Shown here piece by piece: positions 8,814-17,218 of a stretch of 32,000 bases of DNA. The DNA lies in NCBI RefSeq assembly GCF_000012805.1, contig NC_007484.1:1800001-1832000 (forward strand). Direction: 5' to 3'. The notes below the pieces were generated by a model. The model was not told where the DNA came from. It did no database searches and saw only the letters and a program-made list of their open reading frames with translations. Both the position numbers and the translations under genes were made by a program. Positions within the stretch are counted from its first letter, which is position 1; each line of letters begins with the position of its first letter. The DNA comes from Nitrosococcus oceani ATCC 19707. Lineage in GTDB: Bacteria; Pseudomonadota; Gammaproteobacteria; Nitrosococcales; Nitrosococcaceae.

Positions 8814-9317
8814 ATGCAGGAAAGTTGCTGTCCTATTTATAGAATAGCTCTTACTGTTATTTTTCTTGTTCTTGGCGGATGCGCGAGCCAATTCCCCCCC
8901 CTGATCCAACAGCCATCATCGGGAAATCCTAGTCTAAGCGCGGTGCAAGAAGATATTTCTTACTATCAAGGCAGCTACGTGCGGTGGGGCGGCACGATTG
9001 CAGGTATTGAGAATAAAAAAGAGCATACGATACTAGAAATTATTGCCCGGCCACTGGAAAGTGACGGCCGGCCGAGGGAAATAAATATTGATCTGGGGCG
9101 ATTTCTGGCTCGGGTGGAGAATTTCTTGGACCCAGAGATTTACCGGCCAGGGAGGGATATCACAGTCTATGGTTCCATAGAGAAGCCACTGAAAAGAGGA
9201 GAAGATAAGCCTTTACTTCCTCTGATACAGGTAAAAAGATATCATCTTTGGAAGCCTAGAAACTATCCTCCTGCCTATTATCCTTATCCGTATTGGAAAC
9301 CCAGAGGCTACTATTAG
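8814..9317 (+). CDS. slp: Slp-family outer-membrane lipoprotein
   Basis: 167-aa ORF with a lipobox (LVLGGCAS) and the Slp-type core YQGSYVRWGGTIAGIENKKEHTILEIIARPL. Confidence 0.8.
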   Translation: MQESCCPIYRIALTVIFLVLGGCASQFPPLIQQPSSGNPSLSAVQEDISYYQGSYVRWGGTIAGIENKKEHTILEIIARPLESDGRPREINIDLGRFLARVENFLDPEIYRPGRDITVYGSIEKPLKRGEDKPLLPLIQVKRYHLWKPRNYPPAYYPYPYWKPRGYY

Positions 9318-9321
9318 TTAG

Positions 9322-9763
9322 CTCGAAACGGTACCCGTTGGCATGCATGTCGCTAACGGGATGTACGGTCTTATCTTTGTGGAACCGGTCCAAGGTATAG
9401 CTGAGGTGGACCGGGAATATTACGTGATGCAGGGCGAGTTCTATACCCTGGGGTGTTATGGTGAAGTGGGTCTTCAGCCCTTTGACATGGAGAAGGCGAT
9501 CCGCGAGGAAGCCAAGTACGTGGTCTTTAATGGAGCCGTCGGCTCCATGTACGAGAAGCCGATTAAAAAAATGAAATGCTCCCGCAAAGAGCGTAGTTCA
9601 TCCAGGCTATGTTGAACACTCATCTCCTGCGAGGCGCATTGGTACGGTTAATCAACCTCGGTGGCGTTCGGGCCCTGAAGTTGGATTGGGAAGGTCCACC
9701 GTCGCCGTGTTTAAGTATTTCAGCGCCCGGGAATGGGTCCAGCACATAAATTTCAGAGACTAA
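9322..9763 (+). pseudogene. nirK: copper-containing nitrite reductase (NirK/AniA-type) fragment, missing its N-terminal part and frameshifted
   Basis: The open frame from 9322 reads [75 protein letters not shown]. This closely follows the conserved NirK/AniA block ..[19 protein letters not shown]...[14 protein letters not shown]...[10 protein letters not shown]...YVVFNG.VG. About 130 N-terminal residues are absent. The frame then degenerates; a +1 frame from about 9584 to the TAA at 9761 retains weak C-terminal similarity (GRSTVAVFKY...WVQHINFR). Confidence 0.75.
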
Positions 9764-9801
9764 CTATAGCCTCCAATCTAATTTACAACGATAGGCCCTG
9801 T

Positions 9802-11736
9802 CTACCGATCGTTTTCGGTGGTGGGCTGGTCTATCTCCTTTTGTTTTTGAAGCTGCTCTTCAACCCGGCGCAGCGCGGTATTCACGGCGAAATCATTGGG
9901 AAAGACATTCAAAGCGCGTTTATAATAGATAGCGGCTAAATCCAGATCCCTTTGATCTTCAGCCTTCAGGCCCCAACGAATGTAATAGTCGCGGATACGC
10001 TGAAGGCCCTTTGCAGCTTCGGGGTGATTCGGTGCTATTTCTAAAATTGCAGTATAGGATTCGTAAGCGTTATCGCTTTCTGGTGTGGTAAGTTTGAAAG
10101 CAGCCTCCTGCTGTTTAGCCTGGGCCAGCAGTAGGGTAATTTGTTGTTCTTGGGAGGATCGCTGTGAGTATCTTTTCGGTTCAGTTCTAGAGATGGTTGC
10201 CTTGTTCCGATCTTGTTGCGATTCTTTTTGGGCTAAAACCACGCTAGCTTCCGTTCCCAGCTTTGGAGAAATTTCGTCAGCACTTTTCTCTGGCGTGAGC
10301 TTAGGGCTGGAAGTCATCATCCCATTGTCACTATCAGAGGCGGTTTCCTGAGTAGCTGGATTTCTGTTTTTTTCCATGACAGTAGGGGGAGGTACGTCGC
10401 TAGCAATCATTTTGCCTTTCCCAAAGGAGTTTTCGCTTTTTCCCTCGGCTTTATTAGCCGTGTTTTTAGTGTCTTCGGTGGGTTCTGTAATTGCAGGAAG
10501 AGAAGCTTTTCCAGGGATTAATGCCGATAGATAAGCCCCGCCGATCAGGCCGACTATGAGCGCCAGGAAGACGCCTAGGGCCATAATAATCCATGGTTTC
10601 TTTTCTCCTGTTTGGCGTTTTTCCGGTAGAGGAACCGGAGTTTTATAATTATGGTCAGTGTTTGTGGGCTGAGGCGTTTGCTGCTCTGGGGAGAGAGGCT
10701 TATCTAAAGAAAAAGGTTTTTCGGAGATGGATTGTTTTTCTAAAGCTGGAGAATCGCTGCTTGGTGAAAAAATAATGGGAGAGGTCTCTTTAGTTGAATC
10801 ATCGTTTTTTCTTTCCCTTGGATTAGTTTGAAACGCGGATTCCAGAGAGGTCTGAGACTGCTCGGTTATGGGTAAAAAAGCAGTTTCTGTACCTTTAGCC
10901 AGAGAGAGATTGTCAGAGAAATCATTATTGCCTAGCGCTAGCCATAGACTTCGGGCAACTTCGTCAACTATTTCTGAAGAGATAAGTTTTTTATCAGTGA
11001 GGCTAGCTTCCAAAAGCGCAGCGCCACAGAGTTGGTTGATAAGCTGGGGAATGCCGTGGGAAAGCCTTACCAAGGAGGTTATTGCTTCTGGGCTAAAGGG
11101 ATTTTCGCCTATATAGCCGGCTTGGCGAAGGCGAAAATCAACATAAGGGCCAACTTGATCTGCAAGCAAGGGAAGAAGAGAGTATACTTTTGAAGTATTT
11201 TTATGCTCCACCAATAAGCGTTGATAATTGGCAGTGTTGCTTTGACTGGCTAGCACGATAAAGAAAGAGGGAGTTTCTGCTGCCGCATATCTCGTTAATT
11301 CGGAAAACACTTGCACTGCTTCTTGGGAAATGTTGTCTGCCTCATCTACAAGAATGACTGCCCGTTTACCTGTTTGAGAGATGTGTTTTCCAAAAGAGTC
11401 TAGGGTTGAGAACCTTGCGGTAACCGATTCAGCTTCATCTTTGGCGGTGATATTAAATTTACTCTGTATCAAAGCGAGAAATTCTTCAAAACCCAGTTTG
11501 GGGTTGTGAATGAAGATAACTGGATAGTTTTTCCCTAGTTGCTCCATAAAGCGAGTCAGGAGAAGTGTTTTTCCGACGCCAGGAGGACCGGAGACTACCG
11601 CAATGCGAAGCGAGCCTATGAGTCCTTCGAGTAGACATTTGCTTACTGCTTGGTGGAAAGGGGCTGGGAAAAAGTAGTGTGGATCCGGCACCAGCCGAAA
11701 TGGATGGCTCTTAAGTCCGAAATAGTCTGTATACAT
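9802..11736 (-). CDS. ExeA/GspA-like AAA+ ATPase with a long disordered linker, one TM helix and a C-terminal TPR-like domain
   Basis: 644-aa ORF. The N-terminus YTDYFGLKSHPFRLVPDPHYFF is the typical ExeA/MshM start. Walker A is GPPGVGKT and Walker B is ILVDEAD. A Pro/Ser/Thr/Glu-rich region is followed by a TM helix (WIIMALGVFLALIVGLIGGAYL). The C-terminal helical repeats (AYESYTAILEIAPNHPEAAKGL..., AAIYYKRALNVFPNDFAV) look like TPRs. Confidence 0.75.
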   Translation of the reverse strand: MYTDYFGLKSHPFRLVPDPHYFFPAPFHQAVSKCLLEGLIGSLRIAVVSGPPGVGKTLLLTRFMEQLGKNYPVIFIHNPKLGFEEFLALIQSKFNITAKDEAESVTARFSTLDSFGKHISQTGKRAVILVDEADNISQEAVQVFSELTRYAAAETPSFFIVLASQSNTANYQRLLVEHKNTSKVYSLLPLLADQVGPYVDFRLRQAGYIGENPFSPEAITSLVRLSHGIPQLINQLCGAALLEASLTDKKLISSEIVDEVARSLWLALGNNDFSDNLSLAKGTETAFLPITEQSQTSLESAFQTNPRERKNDDSTKETSPIIFSPSSDSPALEKQSISEKPFSLDKPLSPEQQTPQPTNTDHNYKTPVPLPEKRQTGEKKPWIIMALGVFLALIVGLIGGAYLSALIPGKASLPAITEPTEDTKNTANKAEGKSENSFGKGKMIASDVPPPTVMEKNRNPATQETASDSDNGMMTSSPKLTPEKSADEISPKLGTEASVVLAQKESQQDRNKATISRTEPKRYSQRSSQEQQITLLLAQAKQQEAAFKLTTPESDNAYESYTAILEIAPNHPEAAKGLQRIRDYYIRWGLKAEDQRDLDLAAIYYKRALNVFPNDFAVNTALRRVEEQLQKQKEIDQPTTENDR

Positions 11737-11810
11737 AACCCGTTATGTTTTTATGGTCGTAAAAAAGTTTTCAACCCGTGAGAATTGTTACTAGCTCCAT
11801 TGAAAGCGTA

Positions 11811-11827
11811 TCATGGTAATACCATGA
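11811..11827. promoter_or_regulatory. 17-bp palindrome TCATGGTA-a-TACCATGA upstream of the ExeA-like gene; candidate operator
   Basis: Perfect 8-bp arms around one central base, read directly. It lies 75-91 bp upstream of the ATG at 11736. The function is inferred only. Confidence 0.3.
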
Positions 11828-11989
11828 GGTATAAATAAAGTGGATGCAAAAGATTGTTGGTGTCGTGAACGGAAGAAGGATTTTATCAAGCGGTATTCGG
11901 GAACATCGGTTAAGGCGCCGTATTAGCGCCTATGGTAAATCTTTGCCTAATCGCGGAGATATGAAACTTTTCTTTAGGATAGGCTTTTT

Positions 11990-13102
11990 TTATAGAGGTT
12001 GGGCAAATAGGGCTACTCGTTTTTCGTAGGCTTCACGGGCAATAGCGATATCTTCTAAAAATCGCGGCAATTCTTTTATCAGAAGGGCTTGGGGGCCATC
12101 TACCAAGGCTTTCTCGGGGGCAGGATGAAAATCTGCCAATACCATATTGGCACCGGCGATGATTCCTTGTGCGGTTACATGCATGATATCCATGATTCCG
12201 TCAGGAGACTGGGCGCGGGAACCCACTGAGTGGGAAGGATCGATACGCACCGGCATTCGAGTTAAGCGTTTAATGGTGGGAACATGGGCAAAATCCACAA
12301 AGTTCCGATGAGGATCGCTAGCGCTAGTTTTCATCCCGCGAAGGCAAAAAATAACTCGGCGGTTGCCTTCGCTGGCTAGGTACTCAGCGGCATTAAGGGA
12401 CTCTTCCAGAGTGATGCCAAATCCTCGTTTAAGCAAAACGGGGTATTTTTGCTGCCGTCCAGCGATTTTCAGCAATTCAAAATTTTGTGTGTTGCGAGTC
12501 CCGATCTGCAGCATCACGCCAGTAGGATGGCCGGTATTGCTCAAAGCCTCATCAATTTCATGAATATGAGATTCATGGGTGATTTCCATGGCAACGATTT
12601 TGATACCATATTTACCGGCTAGCTCGAATACATCAGGAAGGCAGCTTTTACCATGGCCCTGGAAGGCATAGGGGCTAGTGCGAGGTTTATAAGCTCCCAT
12701 CCGGGTGCAAACTTGCTGATTAGCCTGTAAAGCCCGCATCATGAGGTCTATATGCTCGCGGGTATCCACGGCGCATAATCCCGCAAAGACATTGAAATTA
12801 TTTTGACTAAAGAGGACTCCATTATATTCAAAATGGCTAGAACGGGTTTCATCTTTATGTCGCCCCAGAATACGATATTCTTCGGAAACCCGAACCACTC
12901 GCTCCACGCCAGGTAAAAGGGCAATCTCCTCGGAGGTAATAGCGCTAGTTTCTCCAATTAAATAAAGTTCGGTGAGTATTTGCTGTACCCCTATCTCTTG
13001 ATGCTCCCGGATAAGGATATTGGGAAGATTGTGGAGGTAGCGCAGGGTCTCGCGGTATTCGTCAGAGTTTTTATCCGTATTGGGGCGCAGAATAATAATC
13101 AT
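11990..13102 (-). CDS. aroF: 3-deoxy-7-phosphoheptulonate (DAHP) synthase, type I-beta, with an N-terminal ferredoxin-like regulatory domain
   Basis: 370-aa ORF. The N-terminal roughly 80 aa (MIIILRPNTD...VERVVRVSEEYRILGR) resemble the regulatory domain of Thermotoga-type DAHPS. The catalytic blocks FAGLCAVD, YKPRTSPYAFQGHG and DPSHS are present. Confidence 0.9.
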   Translation of the reverse strand: MIIILRPNTDKNSDEYRETLRYLHNLPNILIREHQEIGVQQILTELYLIGETSAITSEEIALLPGVERVVRVSEEYRILGRHKDETRSSHFEYNGVLFSQNNFNVFAGLCAVDTREHIDLMMRALQANQQVCTRMGAYKPRTSPYAFQGHGKSCLPDVFELAGKYGIKIVAMEITHESHIHEIDEALSNTGHPTGVMLQIGTRNTQNFELLKIAGRQQKYPVLLKRGFGITLEESLNAAEYLASEGNRRVIFCLRGMKTSASDPHRNFVDFAHVPTIKRLTRMPVRIDPSHSVGSRAQSPDGIMDIMHVTAQGIIAGANMVLADFHPAPEKALVDGPQALLIKELPRFLEDIAIAREAYEKRVALFAQPL

Positions 13103-13160
13103 ATTTAGTCTAGGTTGAGGGAGAGGAAAGCGTATTCTCTAAATTATGATTGCGCATTAA

Positions 13161-14573
13161 TTAACCTCGTGAAGATGATAGTTTAGAAGATTTGAGGCCA
13201 TGTTTTTGGATACGGTAACGTAAAGTTTCCCGGGTGGTTCCTAATGCACGGGCAGCTGCGGCAATGTTGTAATCATTGCGCCTAAGCACGGTTTCGATAA
13301 TGTAGCGGTCCATCTCTTCAAGGACCATGCTGCCATCTAAGGGGAGGAAAACCTGATCAGGACTGGCTGCGGGCGAGGAGCCAACTGGAGAATTAGCTTG
13401 TCCTGGCAGTTGGAGCCATTGCTCAGGGAAAACAGCGTCTTCGGAAAACAGCACACACCGTTCCACCACATTGCGCAATTCACGCACATTGCCGGGCCAA
13501 TCGTGGGCATGAAGTCGAGTCCACACTCTCTCCGGAATAATTTTGACCTGTCTGCCTGCTTCAGCATTGAATTCGGCTACAAATAGGGGCACGAGTTCCT
13601 CTAAATCCTCTTTAATTTCCCGCAATGCCGGCAAATTGAGACGAAAGACGCTAAGGCGATGATAGAGATCGCTGCGAAAATCTCCATGCTTGGCCATTTC
13701 TTCTAAATCACGGTTGCTGGCCGCCAGAATTTGTATATCAACGGGGATTTCCTTGCTGCCACCGAGGCGGCGTACCCATCGATCTTCAATAGTTTTGAGC
13801 AACTTAGCTTGCAGATCCAGAGGCATTTCGCCAATTTCATCCAGAAATAAAGTACCTCCATTAGCTTGCTCAATTAGGCCAGGATGGCGGGCTTTAGCCC
13901 CCGTAAAAGCGCCCGCTTCATGCCCGAAAAGCTCCGATTCTAGCAACTCCCGAGGTAGTGCGGCACAGTTGAGTTCCACCATGGGATGTTGGGCCCGCTC
14001 CCCTCCATAGTGCAAGATTCGGGCTGCCAAGCCTTTGCCCGTTCCTGTTTCACCGCCAATGATAAGGGCGCTAAAGGGCACTTCAGTTAGCTTAGCAAGT
14101 AATTTACGCACTTCTTGGGCAGATTGGCTACGGCCCACAAAGGCTTGGGGAGAGTATTGGCGATGGTGTTGCTGGACTTGATAAAATAAGCGTCGTTGGG
14201 CGCGGGCACTGCGGGCGGCGCTAGCTATTACTAAATCCAGGTGCTCTAGCTCACAGGGTTTTTCGAGAAAATCATAAGCGCCGAGCCGCAGGGCCCGCAC
14301 TGAATCAGGGACGCTGCCATAGCCAGTGAGAAGAAGCCATTCGGCATGGGGGTGTTGCCCTTGGACGGCCTCTATCAGATCCAGGGCGTTACCATCTGGT
14401 AGGCTCATATCCGAAAGAACGAGGAGCGGATCAAAGTGTTGCTCCAAAAGTATGGAGCGTGCTTGTGATAAAGTTGTGGCCCACTCTACCTCCCACCCTC
14501 CACTTTGATAATGGCGTGAAAGTTCAGTGCCTAAAAGTATTTCGTCCTCGATAATCAGTAGTGTGGCACGCAT
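13161..14573 (-). CDS. sigma-54-dependent response regulator (NtrC/Fis family)
   Basis: Receiver domain (MRATLLIIEDE..., LVLSDMSLPDGNALDL, FLEKP), AAA+ Walker A GETGTGKG, the GAFTGA loop (GHEAGAFTGA), LFLDEIGE, WPGNVRELRN and a C-terminal Fis-type HTH (NIAAAARALGTTRETLRYRIQKHGL). I place the start at the ATG at 14573 (MRATLL). The track ORF extends to 14648, but the extra 25 aa are not receiver-like. Confidence 0.9.
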   Translation of the reverse strand: MRATLLIIEDEILLGTELSRHYQSGGWEVEWATTLSQARSILLEQHFDPLLVLSDMSLPDGNALDLIEAVQGQHPHAEWLLLTGYGSVPDSVRALRLGAYDFLEKPCELEHLDLVIASAARSARAQRRLFYQVQQHHRQYSPQAFVGRSQSAQEVRKLLAKLTEVPFSALIIGGETGTGKGLAARILHYGGERAQHPMVELNCAALPRELLESELFGHEAGAFTGAKARHPGLIEQANGGTLFLDEIGEMPLDLQAKLLKTIEDRWVRRLGGSKEIPVDIQILAASNRDLEEMAKHGDFRSDLYHRLSVFRLNLPALREIKEDLEELVPLFVAEFNAEAGRQVKIIPERVWTRLHAHDWPGNVRELRNVVERCVLFSEDAVFPEQWLQLPGQANSPVGSSPAASPDQVFLPLDGSMVLEEMDRYIIETVLRRNDYNIAAAARALGTTRETLRYRIQKHGLKSSKLSSSRG

Positions 14574-16014
14574 GCTGCTGCTCTCCCTGGTAGGGCAAGA
14601 TAAGGGTAACGCAAGCGCCATGGGGCTGTTTATTGGCAATCTGCACATGGCCGCCTACTTCCTGGGCAAACCGTTGTACCATGGTCAGTCCCAATCCAGT
14701 TCCCCGCTGGCTGCCGCTGACAAAAGGGCGGATACCGCCGTCAAGCATTTCTTGGGAAAAACCCGGTCCTTCATCACTAACTCTTAGGTAAAGTATCTCG
14801 TCGTTTTGATGGGCTTCCACTCGTACTTTGCCTGGTGTTTCTCCCATGGCTTGGGCGGCATTGAGTACTAGATTGAGCAGTGCCTGACGAAAGTTTCCTT
14901 CTGGCAGCCGGCAGCTTAAAGCTTCTGGAATCCTGCTTTCCAATTGTAGGTGAGCAGGTATCTGATAACGGGTAAGGGCCAGTAACTCTTGGACGACGTT
15001 GGCAATATGCAATTCAACAGCGGGTTGAGGGGTATGCTTGGCTTGATCGAGAAGATTATTTAAAAGCCGTGTCAGCCGTTTTAGCTCAGCACCTATCAAA
15101 TCAAGGCGTTGAGCTTGATCTGGATCGCTGATTTCTTTCCGCAGGTTGCTGCAGCTCATTAGAATGCCCGCCAGGGGGTTGCGCAGTTCATGGGCAATAC
15201 TGGCAGCCAGTTCTCCCACCGCCGCAAGCCGTTCTGCTCGAGCCAGACTGCGTTGTTGCCCTAGTAACGCCTGGGCGGCGGTTCGTATTTCCGCTTCTAA
15301 GGATTGGGCGCGAAGGCGGTTTTCCTTTTCTAATTCTCGCAGCCGAAGCACCATTTCATTGTAGCTGGTAAATACGGGCAGTAGCAGAGGATGTAAACGA
15401 CGGGTAGAAATAGGTGTAAAATCTCCTTTGGCAAGCCTGGATAATAACTGGGAGAGATCTCCTAAGGGATCCAGAATACGGCGACGCAGAACCCACCCTC
15501 CTAGCAGTAAAATAGCGATTAAAGTGCCAACAGCGAGTTCTAACTCAGTACGGGTATCTTGAACGACTTCCGTGAGTATCTGTTCGTCCTGAACAATTTC
15601 CGCATTCAGTATCTCTTTCATCCTGTTTAAAGCTGGAAATAGCATGACAGGCTGGATTTGCTTCTGATCCTTAATAAGCCCAACGAGGAGAGAATGAAGC
15701 TGGCGTAACTTCTCTGGGGTTTCCTTATCTGAGTAGTAGTTCGCGTTGATAAGGTTTTTTACCTCCCTCTCTATTTCTTTGAGTCTATTGAAGCTCAGAT
15801 CTTTATTCGATCCAGAGAGCTGTTTTAGCAAAATCTGTTGCATATTAAGGCTAACTTCTTGAAGACGGTAGGAATAGCTTATATAAGCGCGTACCGTTTC
15901 CAAGCGTTGCAAATTCCGCCAAATCATTCCCCCGAGAAGAATTAAAGTCAAAAACAATAACCCGAGTAAAATTAGCCCTCGTAATTGAGCGGTCCGGTAA
16001 ATTAAACGTTTCAC
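14524..16014 (-). CDS. sensor histidine kinase (two TM helices, a helical periplasmic region of about 125 aa, HAMP, HisKA, HATPase)
   Basis: 496-aa ORF with a GTG start. TM1 is LILLGLLFLTLILLGGMIW and TM2 is LAVGTLIAILLLGGWVL. H-box SIAHELRNPLAGI, N-box LLNLVLNAAQA, G1 VSDEGPGF and G2 GTGLGLTMV are present. The 3' end overlaps the response-regulator start by 50 nt. Confidence 0.9.
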   Translation of the reverse strand: MKRLIYRTAQLRGLILLGLLFLTLILLGGMIWRNLQRLETVRAYISYSYRLQEVSLNMQQILLKQLSGSNKDLSFNRLKEIEREVKNLINANYYSDKETPEKLRQLHSLLVGLIKDQKQIQPVMLFPALNRMKEILNAEIVQDEQILTEVVQDTRTELELAVGTLIAILLLGGWVLRRRILDPLGDLSQLLSRLAKGDFTPISTRRLHPLLLPVFTSYNEMVLRLRELEKENRLRAQSLEAEIRTAAQALLGQQRSLARAERLAAVGELAASIAHELRNPLAGILMSCSNLRKEISDPDQAQRLDLIGAELKRLTRLLNNLLDQAKHTPQPAVELHIANVVQELLALTRYQIPAHLQLESRIPEALSCRLPEGNFRQALLNLVLNAAQAMGETPGKVRVEAHQNDEILYLRVSDEGPGFSQEMLDGGIRPFVSGSQRGTGLGLTMVQRFAQEVGGHVQIANKQPHGACVTLILPYQGEQQHACHTTDYRGRNTFRH

Positions 16015-16196
16015 GTTCAGTGTTATATATAGGTTATAGGATTAAGGGAGGAATGGTTTTTTATATTGGGCTTCCTTATTGATTTTATTTCTTTTGTTTT
16101 TATAGATGACTACCTGTCCGTTGATCCCGCCCCCTAAAAAATAATAGCGGGCGGGTCTCTGCTGTGCGTTTTAGTGATTAAATTATTATTCTGTCC

Positions 16197-16955
16197 TTAG
16201 AATTTATAATTAATGTCAAATTGAACATTATGGGTGAAGAGATCATTGCCTCCTTCATTATTGATAAATTGGCCCAGGTAGCCCAACATCAGTCCTACGT
16301 CTTGGGTTAACTGATAGGATAACCCGCCAAAGGCCCGATTCTCACTAAATCCTTCTGGACCGAACTCATTTTTATTTAGGTAGGCAAGCACCTCATCTCC
16401 TACGTATACAGACAGATTTTTGACGTTAGGGATAGGGTGTTTCAGCATGGCAAGCTGGCGTATCCGGACAGCCACGTCTCCGCTGTTTTTTCCAGAAATG
16501 GCGACTCGTTGTTCCAAACGGGTTCGAGTCAGGGCGGTGAAATTACCAAATACTTTATCGCTCCATAGATAGTCTTGATAAGGACGGCTTTCCTGAAAGT
16601 GGGCTCCGCTTACCGGCTTTATCCAATCATGGGTATAGCCTAGCCAAATGCTGGAGTGCTCCGTTAGGTTATAACCCCCTTGTATCCAAAGTAGATTCTC
16701 GGTAAATCGAGGTGAAAATCCATTATCGCCAGGGAAACGGCTAGGATTAAGATCCTTATCGTCCCGGGTCCGGGCCTGATCGATAACCATCCATCGGAAA
16801 TCTTTACCTTCAGGAGAAATAGAGCCAAAATCGCCGTGGAGAGTAACCGAGGTCCAGCTACCAAATATATTATCGGTATCCGCTAGGGCGGGCATGATTG
16901 TAAGGAACGAAATAAGAACGAAAGAAACTTGAGCTTTCAGCATCTTTATTTTCAC
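16197..16955 (-). CDS. putative outer-membrane beta-barrel protein (possibly DUF2490-like)
   Basis: 252-aa ORF with a signal peptide (VSFVLISFLTIMPALA|DTD), alternating amphipathic beta-strand pattern and a C-terminal OMP-type signal (..FDINYKF, terminal Phe). The family assignment is from memory only. Confidence 0.6.
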   Translation of the reverse strand: MKIKMLKAQVSFVLISFLTIMPALADTDNIFGSWTSVTLHGDFGSISPEGKDFRWMVIDQARTRDDKDLNPSRFPGDNGFSPRFTENLLWIQGGYNLTEHSSIWLGYTHDWIKPVSGAHFQESRPYQDYLWSDKVFGNFTALTRTRLEQRVAISGKNSGDVAVRIRQLAMLKHPIPNVKNLSVYVGDEVLAYLNKNEFGPEGFSENRAFGGLSYQLTQDVGLMLGYLGQFINNEGGNDLFTHNVQFDINYKF

Positions 16956-17160
16956 TGGATGATTCTCCTTTGAGCAACAAAGTTTAAAATTTTTTTAGTG
17001 AGCCAAACTACTCAGTTAATGTCTAATTTAGGTGCGGCTGCTGGCTATTCTGGAGATAGTCTTTGAACTATTATCTCGACTCTCTCTTTTTATAAAACGC
17101 AAGGTAGCAAGAAGGTAAACTTTGGCAAACAGAAGGATAATATTCCATTCTCTTCACGCT

Positions 17161-17202
17161 AAAAAGGGGAGGCTACCAGCTCTTCTTGGTGTAAGCCTCC
17201 CC
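17161..17202 (-). terminator. rho-independent terminator downstream of the SulP gene
   Basis: On the - strand: GGGGAGGCT - 19-nt loop - AGCCTCCCC followed by TTTTT. The stem is 9 bp and GC-rich. The hairpin begins 17 nt after the SulP stop codon. Confidence 0.7.
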
Positions 17203-17218
17203 TAGTGTCTGTTTTAGT

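Noticed and set aside
9733-9939. A 68-aa + strand ORF spanning the end of the nirK remnant and the 3' end of the ExeA-like gene.
   Set aside because: It overlaps the well-supported C-terminus of the ExeA-like gene in antisense and has no motif support.
14574-14648. The 25-codon N-terminal extension of the response-regulator ORF (MCRLPINSPMALAL...).
   Set aside because: The receiver domain begins at MRATLLIIEDE, and the extension lies wholly inside the kinase coding region. The internal ATG at 14573 is the sensible start.
16126-16155. A GC-rich stem (CCCGCCC ... GGGCGGG) with a 16-nt loop between the beta-barrel gene and the kinase gene.
   Set aside because: The stem is real, but no U-tract follows it on the transcribed (-) strand, so I do not call it a terminator. 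It could still be an RNA-stability or attenuation element.
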